From positions 475,166 through 539,165 of the forward strand of contig OZ223267.1 of NCBI GenBank assembly GCA_965140585.1: a stretch of 64,000 nt of DNA, given 5' to 3'. This stretch comes from Spirochaetia bacterium (GTDB lineage Bacteria; Spirochaetota; Spirochaetia; UBA9216). Both the position numbers and the translations under genes were made by a program. Below, piece after piece: positions 49,707 through 59,772 of this stretch. Every line of letters begins with the position of its first letter. Position 1 is the first letter of the stretch. The notes below the pieces were generated by a model. It did not search any database, was not told the DNA's origin, and worked only from the letters and a program-made list of their open reading frames with translations.

Positions 49707-50939
49707 CTATACCTCTGAATCTTCCGGAGAAAAAGGTGGGGTTTCAGTTTTTCCGGGAGCTTTTACAGGTTCAGAAGTCTGAGTAAACTGAATAGGTTCT
49801 GAAACCTTAAGCTGAACATGCGGAAAGGGTATTGATATCTTCTGCTCGTCAAATCTCTTCCATATCTCTCTGTTTGTCCAGTCTTCGGCATCATATTTAT
49901 ACATCACATCATCAATCCAGGTGAAAAGGCCCAGATCAAGTCCGGAATCACCAAATGAACGAAACCTCGGTATTGGTTCCATATTTTTTATTGCCCAGGG
50001 ATTATCCTTTCCGATTTCATGAAGGATTTTAAGCGCTTTCTCGGGGTTTGTATCGTAGGAAATCTGTACAAAATTCTTTACAAGTATTCTGCGGTCTTCG
50101 TAGGAATAATTATGTACTTCGTTTTGAACAAGCTTCGAGTTCGGAATAATTATACTTTCGTTTGTAAGTGTGTTAATTACTGTCGTGGATAGCTTTATCT
50201 GGGATACTGTACCCTCAAGTCCGTTAATCAGGATACGGTCGCCTTCTTTCACGGGGCGTGTAAAAATGATCTGAATACCGGCCATAAAATTGGCAACTGT
50301 ATTCTGAAGACCGAAACCAAGACCAAGACCGAGTACACCGAAGATTACCGTTATAGCCGAAAGGTCTATGCCGATAACAGAAAAGCCTGTGAGCGCAACG
50401 ACTACCATTACACTATACTGCAGTATAGAGATAACACTGAATTTACGTGATGCATCAAATCCTATACGATCAAGAAAGCTTGTATTAATCATCTTTCTTG
50501 AAGCTTTTCCTGCCCATGATGCAATGTAGAATACCGGAATAGTCATTATAAGAGTCAGGAAGGTGATCTTTGTGCTGCCTGATTCTATTAGGGGCTGGTT
50601 CAGTATGTTAATAAATATACCGAGGTATTTGAGGGTCTCGGCTCCGAAAAGATTTGCCGCCAGGCTGACAACGATTACCAGAAATGAGGCATTGAATATC
50701 CGTCTGATCCAGAGAATGCTTCTGTCCTTTGATTTCTGCTGGATATTACTCTTTCTAATCAGATGGAAAACTGCTCTTTTAATCAGTTTAAAAACTATAA
50801 AAATAATTACTGAAGGAAGTAGAAATCTTAACAGCAGGTCGAAGACTGAAAAAGGAAATGCAAAATCTCCAAGGCTGATTTTTGAAAATAAAATGTCTGT
50901 TGCAATAGATTTAAGCTGCATACTAATATTAAACCTCAT
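49707..50939 (-). CDS. Small-conductance mechanosensitive channel (MscS family)
   Basis: GLGLGFGLQNTVANF, PVKEGD, IIPNS, FGDSGL, ISIPFP. Confidence 0.92.
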   Translation of the reverse strand: MRFNISMQLKSIATDILFSKISLGDFAFPFSVFDLLLRFLLPSVIIFIVFKLIKRAVFHLIRKSNIQQKSKDRSILWIRRIFNASFLVIVVSLAANLFGAETLKYLGIFINILNQPLIESGSTKITFLTLIMTIPVFYIASWAGKASRKMINTSFLDRIGFDASRKFSVISILQYSVMVVVALTGFSVIGIDLSAITVIFGVLGLGLGFGLQNTVANFMAGIQIIFTRPVKEGDRILINGLEGTVSQIKLSTTVINTLTNESIIIPNSKLVQNEVHNYSYEDRRILVKNFVQISYDTNPEKALKILHEIGKDNPWAIKNMEPIPRFRSFGDSGLDLGLFTWIDDVMYKYDAEDWTNREIWKRFDEQKISIPFPHVQLKVSEPIQFTQTSEPVKAPGKTETPPFSPEDSEV

Positions 50940-51024
50940 TTATTACCTGTTGTAAATACAGAATATTAATCCTAATGAATAAAGATTTCTCTATATAAAT
51001 ACATTTATTTATATCGATATTATT

Positions 51025-51064
51025 TTATAAATATTTTGACAACGATATAATTTGCCTGTATCAT
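51025..51064 (+). promoter_or_regulatory. Hydrogenase operon promoter with Rex-like operator
   Basis: TTGACA-N17-TATCAT (51036-51064); TTATAAA-tatt-TTGACAA (51025-51042) is one mismatch from TTGTNAA-N4-TTNACAA. Confidence 0.6.
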
Positions 51065-51156
51065 GGAATTAATTATTTACAACAGTATTACTAATATATG
51101 GACATCAGCCTTTCTTTATGATCCAGGTCAAAGCCTGCTAATCAACAAAGAAGGAG

Positions 51157-51681
51157 ATGCAAATGGCAGAAACAGCCCAGATTTCCCACCACAAGACAGA
51201 AGAGGAAATAATTCAACAGACTGACATCGTCGTCAACGAACTTGCAGGAAAAAAAGGTGCACTCATACCTGTACTGCAGACTTTGCAGGATATCTTCGGA
51301 TACCTGCCCGAAACAGCCCTGAAAAGGACAAGCGAACAGATGAAGATTCCCTACAGCGAGGTAGCCGGAGTAGTTAGTTTCTACAAGTATTTTTCTACTT
51401 CACCGCGGGGAAAATATCTTATCAGGGTATGTCTAGGAACATCGTGTTACGTAAGGGGAGGCCGTGAAGTACTCAACAGCCTCAGGGATACGCTTGGTAT
51501 CGAGATCGATCAGACTACTGAGGACGGTCTGTTTTCACTCAAGGTGGGCAGATGCTTCGGTGCCTGTGGCCTCGCGCCGGTCATCATGATAAATGATGAC
51601 ATCTACAGAAGGGTAAAGCCCTCCAAGGTCGATGAAATTATCGCGGTTTATAAGGATCTGGAGGCTGCGGATGAAGAGTGA
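51157..51681 (+). CDS. hydC: [FeFe]-hydrogenase gamma subunit (HydC/NuoE-like, 2Fe-2S)
   Basis: LIPVLQ..Q..FGYLP, GVVSFY, VCLGTSCYVRG, RCFGACGLAP. Confidence 0.9.
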   Translation: MQMAETAQISHHKTEEEIIQQTDIVVNELAGKKGALIPVLQTLQDIFGYLPETALKRTSEQMKIPYSEVAGVVSFYKYFSTSPRGKYLIRVCLGTSCYVRGGREVLNSLRDTLGIEIDQTTEDGLFSLKVGRCFGACGLAPVIMINDDIYRRVKPSKVDEIIAVYKDLEAADEE

Positions 51682-54600
51682 GAACAAGTTTATTAAATCT
51701 GTAAAAGACCTTGAAAAAATTAAAAAGGATAATGCTGAAAAAATTAATTTCAGGCTTCTTGAAAAAGCCGATTCGGGAGATATTCAGCAGCAGATGAAAT
51801 CAAGGGACGGCCGCTACGACATTGCTCTATGTATGGGCACAAGCTGTCAGTCATCGGCATCGGCAGAGGTTGCTGGAGCGGTTGACGAAGAAATAAAGAA
51901 ACACAATCTTGAAGATAAAGTTACATTGGTCCGGACAGGATGCAACGGCTTTTGTGCTGTCGGTCCTATCATGGTCATCTATCCGGGAAGCATTCTCTAT
52001 CATGGAATGACTGCAAAAGATGTCCCCGAAATTTTTGAAGAACATATTCTGAATAACAGAATAGTTGAAAGACTGATGTATCATCATCCGGTTTCAGATG
52101 CGGTTATTCCACGCTATATGGATCTTCCCTTTTTCTCCAGTCAGGAGCTGAGGGTTCTGCGTAATAAGGGCATAATTGAGGCTGACAGTATTGATGAGTA
52201 TATTGCCAGAGACGGATATTTTGCTGCCACAAAGGCTTTAATGAATATGAGCCCTGATCAGATCATATCTGAAATATCAGAATCGGGACTTCGCGGAAGA
52301 GGCGGCGGAGGCTTTCCTACAGGTCTTAAATGGTCTTTTTGTAATAAGGCAGAGGGAGACAAGAAATACATCCTTTGTAATGCAGATGAGGGCGATCCCG
52401 GAGCATTCATGGACCGCAGCATCATCGAATCTGATCCGCATACAGTTATTGAAGGTATGATGATCGGAGCAAAGGCTATCGGAGCCGACGAAGGATATGT
52501 ATACTGCCGTGCCGAATATCCGCTGGCCCTAAAACGCCTGGAAACAGCGATTGCCAAATGCCGTGAATACGGACTTTTGGGTGAAAATATTCTCGGAACA
52601 GGATTCAACTTTGAACTTCATATCTCACGCGGATCAGGAGCCTTTGTCTGCGGAGAGGAAACCGCACTTATGAATTCAATTGAAGGCAAGCGCGGCGAGC
52701 CCCGGCCCAGACCGCCCTTTCCGGCGGTTAAAGGCCTCTGGGGTAAACCCTCTGTTCTGAACAATGTTGAAACATACGGAAATATTCCACAGATTATACT
52801 CAAGGGTGCAGGCTGGTACAGGGAAACAGGAACTGAAAAATCACCTGGAACCAAGATATTTGCACTTACAGGCAATGTAAGAAATGTCGGCCTGGTGGAA
52901 GTTCCCATAGGAACAAGCCTGGGTGATCTTGTCTTTGATATCGGCGGCGGTATGCAGGGCGAGAAAAAGTACAAAGCTGCCCAGATAGGCGGTCCCTCCG
53001 GCGGATGCATCCCTAGAAGTCACCTGAGTGTTCCGCTTGATTATGAGTCTCTCACCGAACTCGGCGCAATAATGGGTTCAGGCGGCCTTGTTGTTATGAA
53101 CGATGAAACCTGTATGGTCGATGTTGCCAAGTTTTTTCTTGAGTTTGTACTCGAAGAATCCTGCGGCAAATGTGTTCCATGCCGTGTGGGAATCAAGAGA
53201 ATGCATGAAATACTTGCAAGAATATGTGAAGGTCAGGGCGAGGAAGGTGACATTGAAAGACTAATTGAGCTTGGTCAGACGATCAAGGATACTGCTCTAT
53301 GCGGTCTTGGCCAGACAGCTCCGAACCCTGTCCTTTCTACAATCCAGCATTTCCGTGATGAGTATGAAGACCACATTATTCACAAACACTGTGAAGCCGG
53401 AGTTTGTCCGGGATTAGTCAGGGCTCCATGTCAGAGTTCCTGTCCGGCAAGTGTTGATATTCCGGGCTTCGTTGCACTCATCCGGGAAAAACGCTATGAA
53501 GAGGCATTAAAACTTCACCGTGAAAAGAACCCCTTTGCGGTTGTATGCGCCAGGGTATGCTTTCATACCTGTGAGGAAAAATGCCGCCGTGCAATGCTTG
53601 ACGATCCTGTTTCAATACGTGCTCTCAAGCGCTACCTGGTTGAACAGGAAATAATAGTTCAGCTTCCTGAGGTTCTTGAGAACAAAGAAAACGAAGCAAA
53701 AAAGATAGCTATAGTCGGTGCCGGTCCGGCGGGCCTTTCATGTGCCTACTTCCTGGCAAGACTGGGCTACAAACCTGTAATATTCGAATCAGAAAACCGC
53801 CCCGGCGGAATGCTGACTCAGGCAATACCTTCATACAGACTCCCGCGTGAAGAACTTGCCCGTGAGATCCGGATGATTGAAAGACTCGGTGTTCAGATAA
53901 ATACCGAAAAGAAACTGGGGCGGGACTTTACCCTGAACAGTCTGAAAGAAGACGGATATGACGCCGTTTTTGTCGGTATCGGTGCTCCTAAAGGTACGCT
54001 TCTGGGAATTAAGGGCGATGATGCTGAAGATGTTGTTGATGCCCTTTCATTTCTGAAAGAGTACAACATCAGAGGTAACGTTAAAGTAAACAACGATATT
54101 CTGGTTATCGGCGGTGGAAATGCGGCTATCGATGCTGCAAGGACAGCGGTTCGTCTTGGTGCAGAAAACGTGACCATCATCTACCGCAGAAAACGCGAAC
54201 AGATGCCTGCCTACCAGGAAGAGATTGAAGAAGCAATTGTTGAAGGTGTTAAGCTTATAGATTTGACTCAGCCGGTTGAGGTTGTAAAGACTGCTGACGG
54301 CAAGGTTAAGGGACTGAAATGTCTTCATATGGAGCTTGGAGAATTCGACAAGCAGGGAAGAAGACGGGCAGTAAAATCGGATGAAGATTACTTTGTGATT
54401 CCAGGTGACCAGATAATTACCGCAATCGGACAGAATGTGGATCTATCTGTTTTTAAGGATTCAGAGGGTCTGACGTTTGATGAAAAGGGCTTTATACGTG
54501 CTGACAGCAGTACCGGCAGGACATCAATTGACTGGGTTTTTGCCGGTGGCGATTCATCAAGCGGTCCTTCATCAGTAGTAAAGGCGATTAAGGGAGGCGA

Positions 54601-54874
54601 AGTAGCCGCAGTCGGTATCGATTACTACCTGACGGGCGAAGACCATGCCTTCTGGCGTGAGGAGCGAAAGGTTGAAACAGCCTTTGATCCGGATGCTGAT
54701 CCCGCACCATATCCCAGGGAGAAAGTTCCCCTGGTTGCAGTAGAAAAGCGGCGGTCGAATTTTACCGAAGTGGAAATGGCATGGACAGAGGCTGTGGCCC
54801 TTAGGCAGAGCTCAAGATGTCTGCGTTGTGACTACGGAAAACCTGTTGCACCGAGGGAGGTTTTACATGATTAA
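51671..54874 (+). CDS. hydB: [FeFe]-hydrogenase beta subunit (HydB/NuoF-like) fused to a GltD-like FAD/NADP(H) domain
   Basis: N-terminal 2Fe-2S, GRGGGGFPTG, NADEGDPG, FVCGEET, SCGKCVPCR; then APCQSSCP, CARVC..CE..C, GAGPAG, GGGNAA, YRR; ATG 51671. Confidence 0.9.
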   Translation: MKSENKFIKSVKDLEKIKKDNAEKINFRLLEKADSGDIQQQMKSRDGRYDIALCMGTSCQSSASAEVAGAVDEEIKKHNLEDKVTLVRTGCNGFCAVGPIMVIYPGSILYHGMTAKDVPEIFEEHILNNRIVERLMYHHPVSDAVIPRYMDLPFFSSQELRVLRNKGIIEADSIDEYIARDGYFAATKALMNMSPDQIISEISESGLRGRGGGGFPTGLKWSFCNKAEGDKKYILCNADEGDPGAFMDRSIIESDPHTVIEGMMIGAKAIGADEGYVYCRAEYPLALKRLETAIAKCREYGLLGENILGTGFNFELHISRGSGAFVCGEETALMNSIEGKRGEPRPRPPFPAVKGLWGKPSVLNNVETYGNIPQIILKGAGWYRETGTEKSPGTKIFALTGNVRNVGLVEVPIGTSLGDLVFDIGGGMQGEKKYKAAQIGGPSGGCIPRSHLSVPLDYESLTELGAIMGSGGLVVMNDETCMVDVAKFFLEFVLEESCGKCVPCRVGIKRMHEILARICEGQGEEGDIERLIELGQTIKDTALCGLGQTAPNPVLSTIQHFRDEYEDHIIHKHCEAGVCPGLVRAPCQSSCPASVDIPGFVALIREKRYEEALKLHREKNPFAVVCARVCFHTCEEKCRRAMLDDPVSIRALKRYLVEQEIIVQLPEVLENKENEAKKIAIVGAGPAGLSCAYFLARLGYKPVIFESENRPGGMLTQAIPSYRLPREELAREIRMIERLGVQINTEKKLGRDFTLNSLKEDGYDAVFVGIGAPKGTLLGIKGDDAEDVVDALSFLKEYNIRGNVKVNNDILVIGGGNAAIDAARTAVRLGAENVTIIYRRKREQMPAYQEEIEEAIVEGVKLIDLTQPVEVVKTADGKVKGLKCLHMELGEFDKQGRRRAVKSDEDYFVIPGDQIITAIGQNVDLSVFKDSEGLTFDEKGFIRADSSTGRTSIDWVFAGGDSSSGPSSVVKAIKGGEVAAVGIDYYLTGEDHAFWREERKVETAFDPDADPAPYPREKVPLVAVEKRRSNFTEVEMAWTEAVALRQSSRCLRCDYGKPVAPREVLHD

Positions 54875-56633
54875 TCTGACTGTTAACGGAACAGAATTAA
54901 TGGTCGAAAACGGCACAAGCGTACTTGATGCCGCAAGACTGACCGGAGTAGATATACCAACACTATGCAATTATGAAGGTAAGCCGGCTATCGGTGCCTG
55001 CAGGGTCTGTGTAGTTGAGGTGGAAGGCGCAAAGGCTCTGATGCCGGCATGTGCTACTCCTGCATCAAACGGTATGAATATTTTTACGAACACAAAGCGC
55101 GTTCGTGATGCAAGACGGACTGTTGTTGAACTGCTTCTAAGCGAGCATGAAGGAAACTGCCAGTACTGTGAGAGAAACAGTGACTGTGAACTGGAAAGGC
55201 TTGCTTTAAAGATGGGGATAACAAAACCTGTTTATGAAGGTGAAAAGCCGGATGCCCGAACAGATAATTCAACCTGGGCTCTGGTTCGTGATACGGGTAA
55301 ATGCATCAAGTGCAGGCGCTGTGTTACCGTCTGCAATGAGGTCCAGGCAGTAGGTGCGCTATTTCCACAATACCGTGGTTATGAAACAGTAATCGGTCCT
55401 GCTTTCACGATGGACCTGGCAGATGTAAAATGTGTGCAGTGCGGTCAGTGCGCTGCAGTCTGTCCGGTTGGTGCAATCGTAGAAAGATCGGCGATTGAAA
55501 GTGTCTGGGCGGCAATTGATGATCCTGAAAAGCATGTAGTTGTACAGACTGCGCCGGCAATCCGCGCAGCCCTGGGCGAATGTTTTGACTATGAGCCCGG
55601 CACCCTTGTTACAGGAAAGATGGTAACTGCACTTAAACAGATGGGATTTGATTCTGTATTCGATACCAACTTCACTGCAGACCTGACCATCCTTGAGGAA
55701 GGTACCGAGCTTCTCACAAGGCTTAAAAAGAAGCTTGTTGAAAACGAGGATATCGCCCTTCCGATGTTTACAAGCTGCTCTCCAGGCTGGATAAATTTTG
55801 CTGAATATTTTTATCCTGATTTTCTTCCAAATCTTTCTACATGTAAATCACCGCAGCAGATGTTCGGGGCTGTGACCAAGACATACTACGCGACGAAGAA
55901 AGGTGTCGATCCGGCTGATATCGTCATGGTTTCGGTAATGCCCTGTACTGCCAAGAAGTTTGAAGCTTCGAGGGATGAGATGAACGACAGCGGTTTCATG
56001 GATGTTGATTATGTACTCACTACCAGGGAGCTGGGCAGAATGATCAAGTCGGCTGGTATTGATTTTCACAAGCTGGAAGATTCCCAAATGGATTCGCCAC
56101 TTGGTGAATCAACCGGTGCTGCTGATATCTTTGCCAATTCAGGCGGTGTTATGGAAGCGGCCATCAGAACCGTATATGAAATAGTAACAGGACGCGAAGT
56201 TCCCTTTGATAATCTGCATCTGCAGCCTGTGGCAGGTCTTCAGGGTCTGAAGGAAGCAAGTCTGAAACTTGAGGGAACAGTTGCTGACTGGTCTTTCCTG
56301 GAAGGAGTTGAAGTCAAGGTTGCTGTAGCCCATGGGCTGGGAAATGCCGCTGAGGTGATGAAAAAGATTGAGGAAAACGGTTCCTCATACCACTTTGTCG
56401 AAGTAATGGCCTGTCCCGGAGGCTGTATAGGCGGCGGAGGACAGCCGAGATTTACTACTGATGAGGTTCGTATGGCCAGAATGAAGGCAATATTTGCTGA
56501 AGATGAAGGGAAACCGCTTAGAAAATCACATCTTAACCCGTCAGTAGCAAAGATATATGAAGAATTTCTCGTCAATCCGCTTGGCGAGAAGTCTCATCAT
56601 TTGCTTCATACGCATTATGCAAAAAAAATGTAG
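54867..56633 (+). CDS. hydA: [FeFe]-hydrogenase catalytic subunit, group A (M3 architecture)
   Basis: 2Fe-2S, HEGNC..C..C, two 4Fe-4S motifs; H-cluster motifs TSCSPGW, MPCTAKKFE, EVMACPGGCIGGGGQP; ATG 54867 after GGAGG. Confidence 0.95.
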   Translation: MINLTVNGTELMVENGTSVLDAARLTGVDIPTLCNYEGKPAIGACRVCVVEVEGAKALMPACATPASNGMNIFTNTKRVRDARRTVVELLLSEHEGNCQYCERNSDCELERLALKMGITKPVYEGEKPDARTDNSTWALVRDTGKCIKCRRCVTVCNEVQAVGALFPQYRGYETVIGPAFTMDLADVKCVQCGQCAAVCPVGAIVERSAIESVWAAIDDPEKHVVVQTAPAIRAALGECFDYEPGTLVTGKMVTALKQMGFDSVFDTNFTADLTILEEGTELLTRLKKKLVENEDIALPMFTSCSPGWINFAEYFYPDFLPNLSTCKSPQQMFGAVTKTYYATKKGVDPADIVMVSVMPCTAKKFEASRDEMNDSGFMDVDYVLTTRELGRMIKSAGIDFHKLEDSQMDSPLGESTGAADIFANSGGVMEAAIRTVYEIVTGREVPFDNLHLQPVAGLQGLKEASLKLEGTVADWSFLEGVEVKVAVAHGLGNAAEVMKKIEENGSSYHFVEVMACPGGCIGGGGQPRFTTDEVRMARMKAIFAEDEGKPLRKSHLNPSVAKIYEEFLVNPLGEKSHHLLHTHYAKKM

Positions 56634-56688
56634 TCTAATATATAGCGGATGTTGTATTATGTTATTATTATATTAATCGGAGGCTAAT

Positions 56689-57123
56689 ATGAATATAGGA
56701 GATGTGCTTAAAGTAAAAGGGACCACCGTTGAAACTATCGGTGCCGGAGAGAAGCTGGATGCAGCATTGGGTAAACTCAATGAAAAGCGTATCGGTGCTC
56801 TTATGGTTACTGATGACAGCGGGGCAATCGCAGGAATAGTCAGTGAACGTGATTTCCTCAGAGTCTGCAGTAAATGCGCTCCCGACCTGGTTGTGAAAGA
56901 TCTGATGACTCCTAAAGAGAAAATTTCTTCACTGACTCCGAAAGATTCACTGCAGACTGCAATGAAGATTTTTACAGAGAAGAGAATACGTCATCTTCCC
57001 GTGCTGGAGAATGATGAGCTGAAGGGTATGCTTTCAATAGGTGATGCTGTAAAGGCTCTGCTTGATGCAGTTGAGCAGGAAAACAAGTATCTTAAAGAAT
57101 ACATCATGGGACAGGATATCTGA
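56689..57123 (+). CDS. CBS domain pair protein
   Basis: IGALMV, GIVSERD, IRHLPV, GMLSIGD. Confidence 0.9.
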   Translation: MNIGDVLKVKGTTVETIGAGEKLDAALGKLNEKRIGALMVTDDSGAIAGIVSERDFLRVCSKCAPDLVVKDLMTPKEKISSLTPKDSLQTAMKIFTEKRIRHLPVLENDELKGMLSIGDAVKALLDAVEQENKYLKEYIMGQDI

Positions 57124-57143
57124 TCTCCTGATACTTAAATTTC

Positions 57144-57182
57144 AAAGCTGACCGGGCTCAATATAGCTGGTCAGCTTTTTTT
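57144..57182. terminator. Terminator after the hydrogenase-CBS unit
   Basis: AAAGCTGACC...GGTCAGCTTTTTTT. Confidence 0.75.
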
Positions 57183-57201
57183 ATAAATGAACAGGGAACA
57201 C

Positions 57202-59175
57202 TTAATCTGTTTGAACGAGAAAGTCAAATTCATCGTCTTCAAAGGTTTCTCTGGTAAACCTCATAAGTTGATTATCGTCCAGTTCAGAAAAGCTTTCCAG
57301 GGTTGTTGTCAGGTCGCTGTTAATATCTCTTTTGTGGTTTACATATGTTGTCTGATAAAATCCAAGTTTTTTTTCTTTATGCAGACCCATATCAAGCAGT
57401 TTTTTTGATGCCAGCCGCATCATTTTTAATCTTTTAATCAGACCTTCATCTGAATCTATGCTCCAAACCCCCAGATAGATAGGTTTCAGATCGTTATTAA
57501 GATCACCGGTAAACTCTCCCCGTAATAGATCATTCTTTTCCTTTCCGAGGTAGGGCACAAAATCAAGATGTTCGGCCAGCTTCCTGTCCGAAGCAAAAAA
57601 TCTGCCGCTCTCTGGATCCATGGTAAAGATTATTACATTATCTACAGCCTGGCCGTAGCTTTTAAACAGTGCTCCCTTGAAAGAATTAAGATCGTAAACC
57701 TTTTGTGAAAGGTGGATGATTCGCTTTTTTATTTCGATGGAGATATCAAAAAGCCATTCCTTAAGGATTTCATGATCGCTTTTAAGGTTGAAGATATACT
57801 CATTCAGATTCTCTTCCGTTGTCTTATTCATCATGAAAGACAAAATAGTACGGTATATAAATCTGATATTCTGAAAGGTAGAGAACAGCATAATAAGATC
57901 AAATAGAAAGATTTCCATTTTACGGAGCTGCCAGATAAATGCAATTATTTCATTTCTGGGAGTTGTTTTCTTTATACTGTAATCTTCCCAGAGGTCCTTG
58001 AATTCGTTGTATCTTCTGCTTAAAACTGCATGCCGTTCATCCAGTTCGCTTGATGATTTTGAGAAAATAATTTTATAGCAGGTTCCTTCCGGACTGCTTT
58101 TTACGGTTATATTCTCCGCCCCGAAAGTTGCGAAAATCTGCTGTGTTCCAAGTCCTTCACCGGAAGGGCTGTTTCCGGCGGATTTGGTGGTTCTACCAAC
58201 GAAAATTGGAATACCGGTTTCATCCTTTTCGAGAAGCTCGGCATTAATGCCGATGCCGTTGTCACGTATTGAAAGGGTGAGGTTTTCTTCATCATCTGTC
58301 AGACCGATTTTTATTACACCCTTATCTGCCTTGGCTTCAATCGCGTCCATGGAATTGGAAACTATATTTATCAGGGCTCTTCCAATTGTTTCATGGTAAC
58401 CAAGTATGACTGAGGATTTTGCATTAAGTTTCAGATGAAGCGCACATCTTAGCGGTGAGGCTTGTATGTAGGGAACTATCCTTTCAAGGAGGAGATCACG
58501 AAGATTTACCTCATGAATGATTTTTCTGGAATCTCTGAAGATGTTCAGCATATTGATCATTGCAGTAGTTTCCCTGTTTACATCTTCAACAATACGGTCG
58601 CAGTTTTCTGCAGAAAGTGAATCAATCATATGCGATAGAAGCCTGACAATTTTTCTGGCATCGTGCCTTGTTTTTCCGATCTCTGCTTCTTCAATAGCCT
58701 TGGCTTTCTGAGCCAGATTCCCTTTTAGAATCTCTTCCTTATAAGTATAAATATGGTAGTAGACAAGGTTTCGGTAGACTATTGTATCTCCCAGGCTGAA
58801 ACCTCTTGTTCTGAAGAATTCGAGTGTATCGGACTGTTTTTCCCATAGGTAGAGGTAGATGCAGGCTTTATCGGGGATATTTTCTGCAAGGTTGTGGATG
58901 AAAGCCTGACCGATTCCGCGTCCGCGTCCGAAAGGACTGGCAACAAGTTTATAGATATGAAAGTTCTGCTGCTTAGCATCTGAATAAACAAGGAGATATC
59001 CGAGGATTTCTCGTTCTTCAATCCATATATAGCTGTGTTCATAATCTTTTTCAAGAGTTGAATCTTTAATATAAGGAGACGGAATTATAAAGGTATCAAG
59101 GTTGAGAAGCGGATTTTTTTTAATTCTTGCTTCAATCTTGGGAGTAAGTTTAACAATATGAGATAAAGTTTCCAT
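57202..59175 (-). CDS. GNAT acetyltransferase-histidine kinase (HATPase) fusion with unknown C-terminal domain
   Basis: GNAT motif A GRGRGIG and FF..RGF; H-box-like TRHDARK; N-box ALINIVSNSMDAI; DNGIG; TTK; GEGLG. Confidence 0.75.
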   Translation of the reverse strand: METLSHIVKLTPKIEARIKKNPLLNLDTFIIPSPYIKDSTLEKDYEHSYIWIEEREILGYLLVYSDAKQQNFHIYKLVASPFGRGRGIGQAFIHNLAENIPDKACIYLYLWEKQSDTLEFFRTRGFSLGDTIVYRNLVYYHIYTYKEEILKGNLAQKAKAIEEAEIGKTRHDARKIVRLLSHMIDSLSAENCDRIVEDVNRETTAMINMLNIFRDSRKIIHEVNLRDLLLERIVPYIQASPLRCALHLKLNAKSSVILGYHETIGRALINIVSNSMDAIEAKADKGVIKIGLTDDEENLTLSIRDNGIGINAELLEKDETGIPIFVGRTTKSAGNSPSGEGLGTQQIFATFGAENITVKSSPEGTCYKIIFSKSSSELDERHAVLSRRYNEFKDLWEDYSIKKTTPRNEIIAFIWQLRKMEIFLFDLIMLFSTFQNIRFIYRTILSFMMNKTTEENLNEYIFNLKSDHEILKEWLFDISIEIKKRIIHLSQKVYDLNSFKGALFKSYGQAVDNVIIFTMDPESGRFFASDRKLAEHLDFVPYLGKEKNDLLRGEFTGDLNNDLKPIYLGVWSIDSDEGLIKRLKMMRLASKKLLDMGLHKEKKLGFYQTTYVNHKRDINSDLTTTLESFSELDDNQLMRFTRETFEDDEFDFLVQTD

Positions 59176-59275
59176 TCTTTATAGTATATCGATTAGACGT
59201 CAGCAATCAATATTTTACGGTTTTTCTTGATAGTTATATTTAGCTTTATTATCTTTCACTAAGTGAGGTGACAGA

Positions 59276-59770
59276 ATGAAAAAAATATTGATTATTCTTT
59301 TAATCCTTCTTCCTGCTACAGTATTTGCTTCAGACTGGAAGTCTGAGAATATAAAAGACTTTAGTTTCATGTGGAGATTTGAAGGCTCAAATCTTGAAGT
59401 AAAGCTCAGCTATCCGGGAACAGGATGGGTGGCCGTCGGTTTTGGTGCCGAGAATAAAATGAAGGGTGCGAATATTATTATCGGTTCTGTTGATAAGGGT
59501 GAACTGACAATTGAAGACCATTATGGAAACAGCCCTATAAGTCATAAAGAGGATGTTAGGCTTGATGGAAGCAATGATATAATCAGTGCAAGCGGTACAG
59601 AGTCCGGCGGTGTTACTACCATTGAATTTACAATTCCCTTATCTTCCGGTGATGAAAATGATAAGGAGCTGGTCGAAGGCAAGGTCTACCGGGTTATCTT
59701 TGCAGCATCAAACAGCGACAACCTTGGACGGATTCACAGAACTGCTACCGGCAAGGATATTAAACTATAG
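59276..59770 (+). CDS. Secreted DOMON-domain protein
   Basis: Signal peptide; GWVAVGFG...MKGANIIIG; IEFTIPL; VIFA..; C-terminal His. Confidence 0.75.
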   Translation: MKKILIILLILLPATVFASDWKSENIKDFSFMWRFEGSNLEVKLSYPGTGWVAVGFGAENKMKGANIIIGSVDKGELTIEDHYGNSPISHKEDVRLDGSNDIISASGTESGGVTTIEFTIPLSSGDENDKELVEGKVYRVIFAASNSDNLGRIHRTATGKDIKL

Positions 59771-59772
59771 AA

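Noticed and set aside
55765-55795. H-cluster L1 motif TSCSP instead of TSCCP
   Set aside because: A known variant in multimeric group A [FeFe]-hydrogenases; not evidence of novelty or inactivity.
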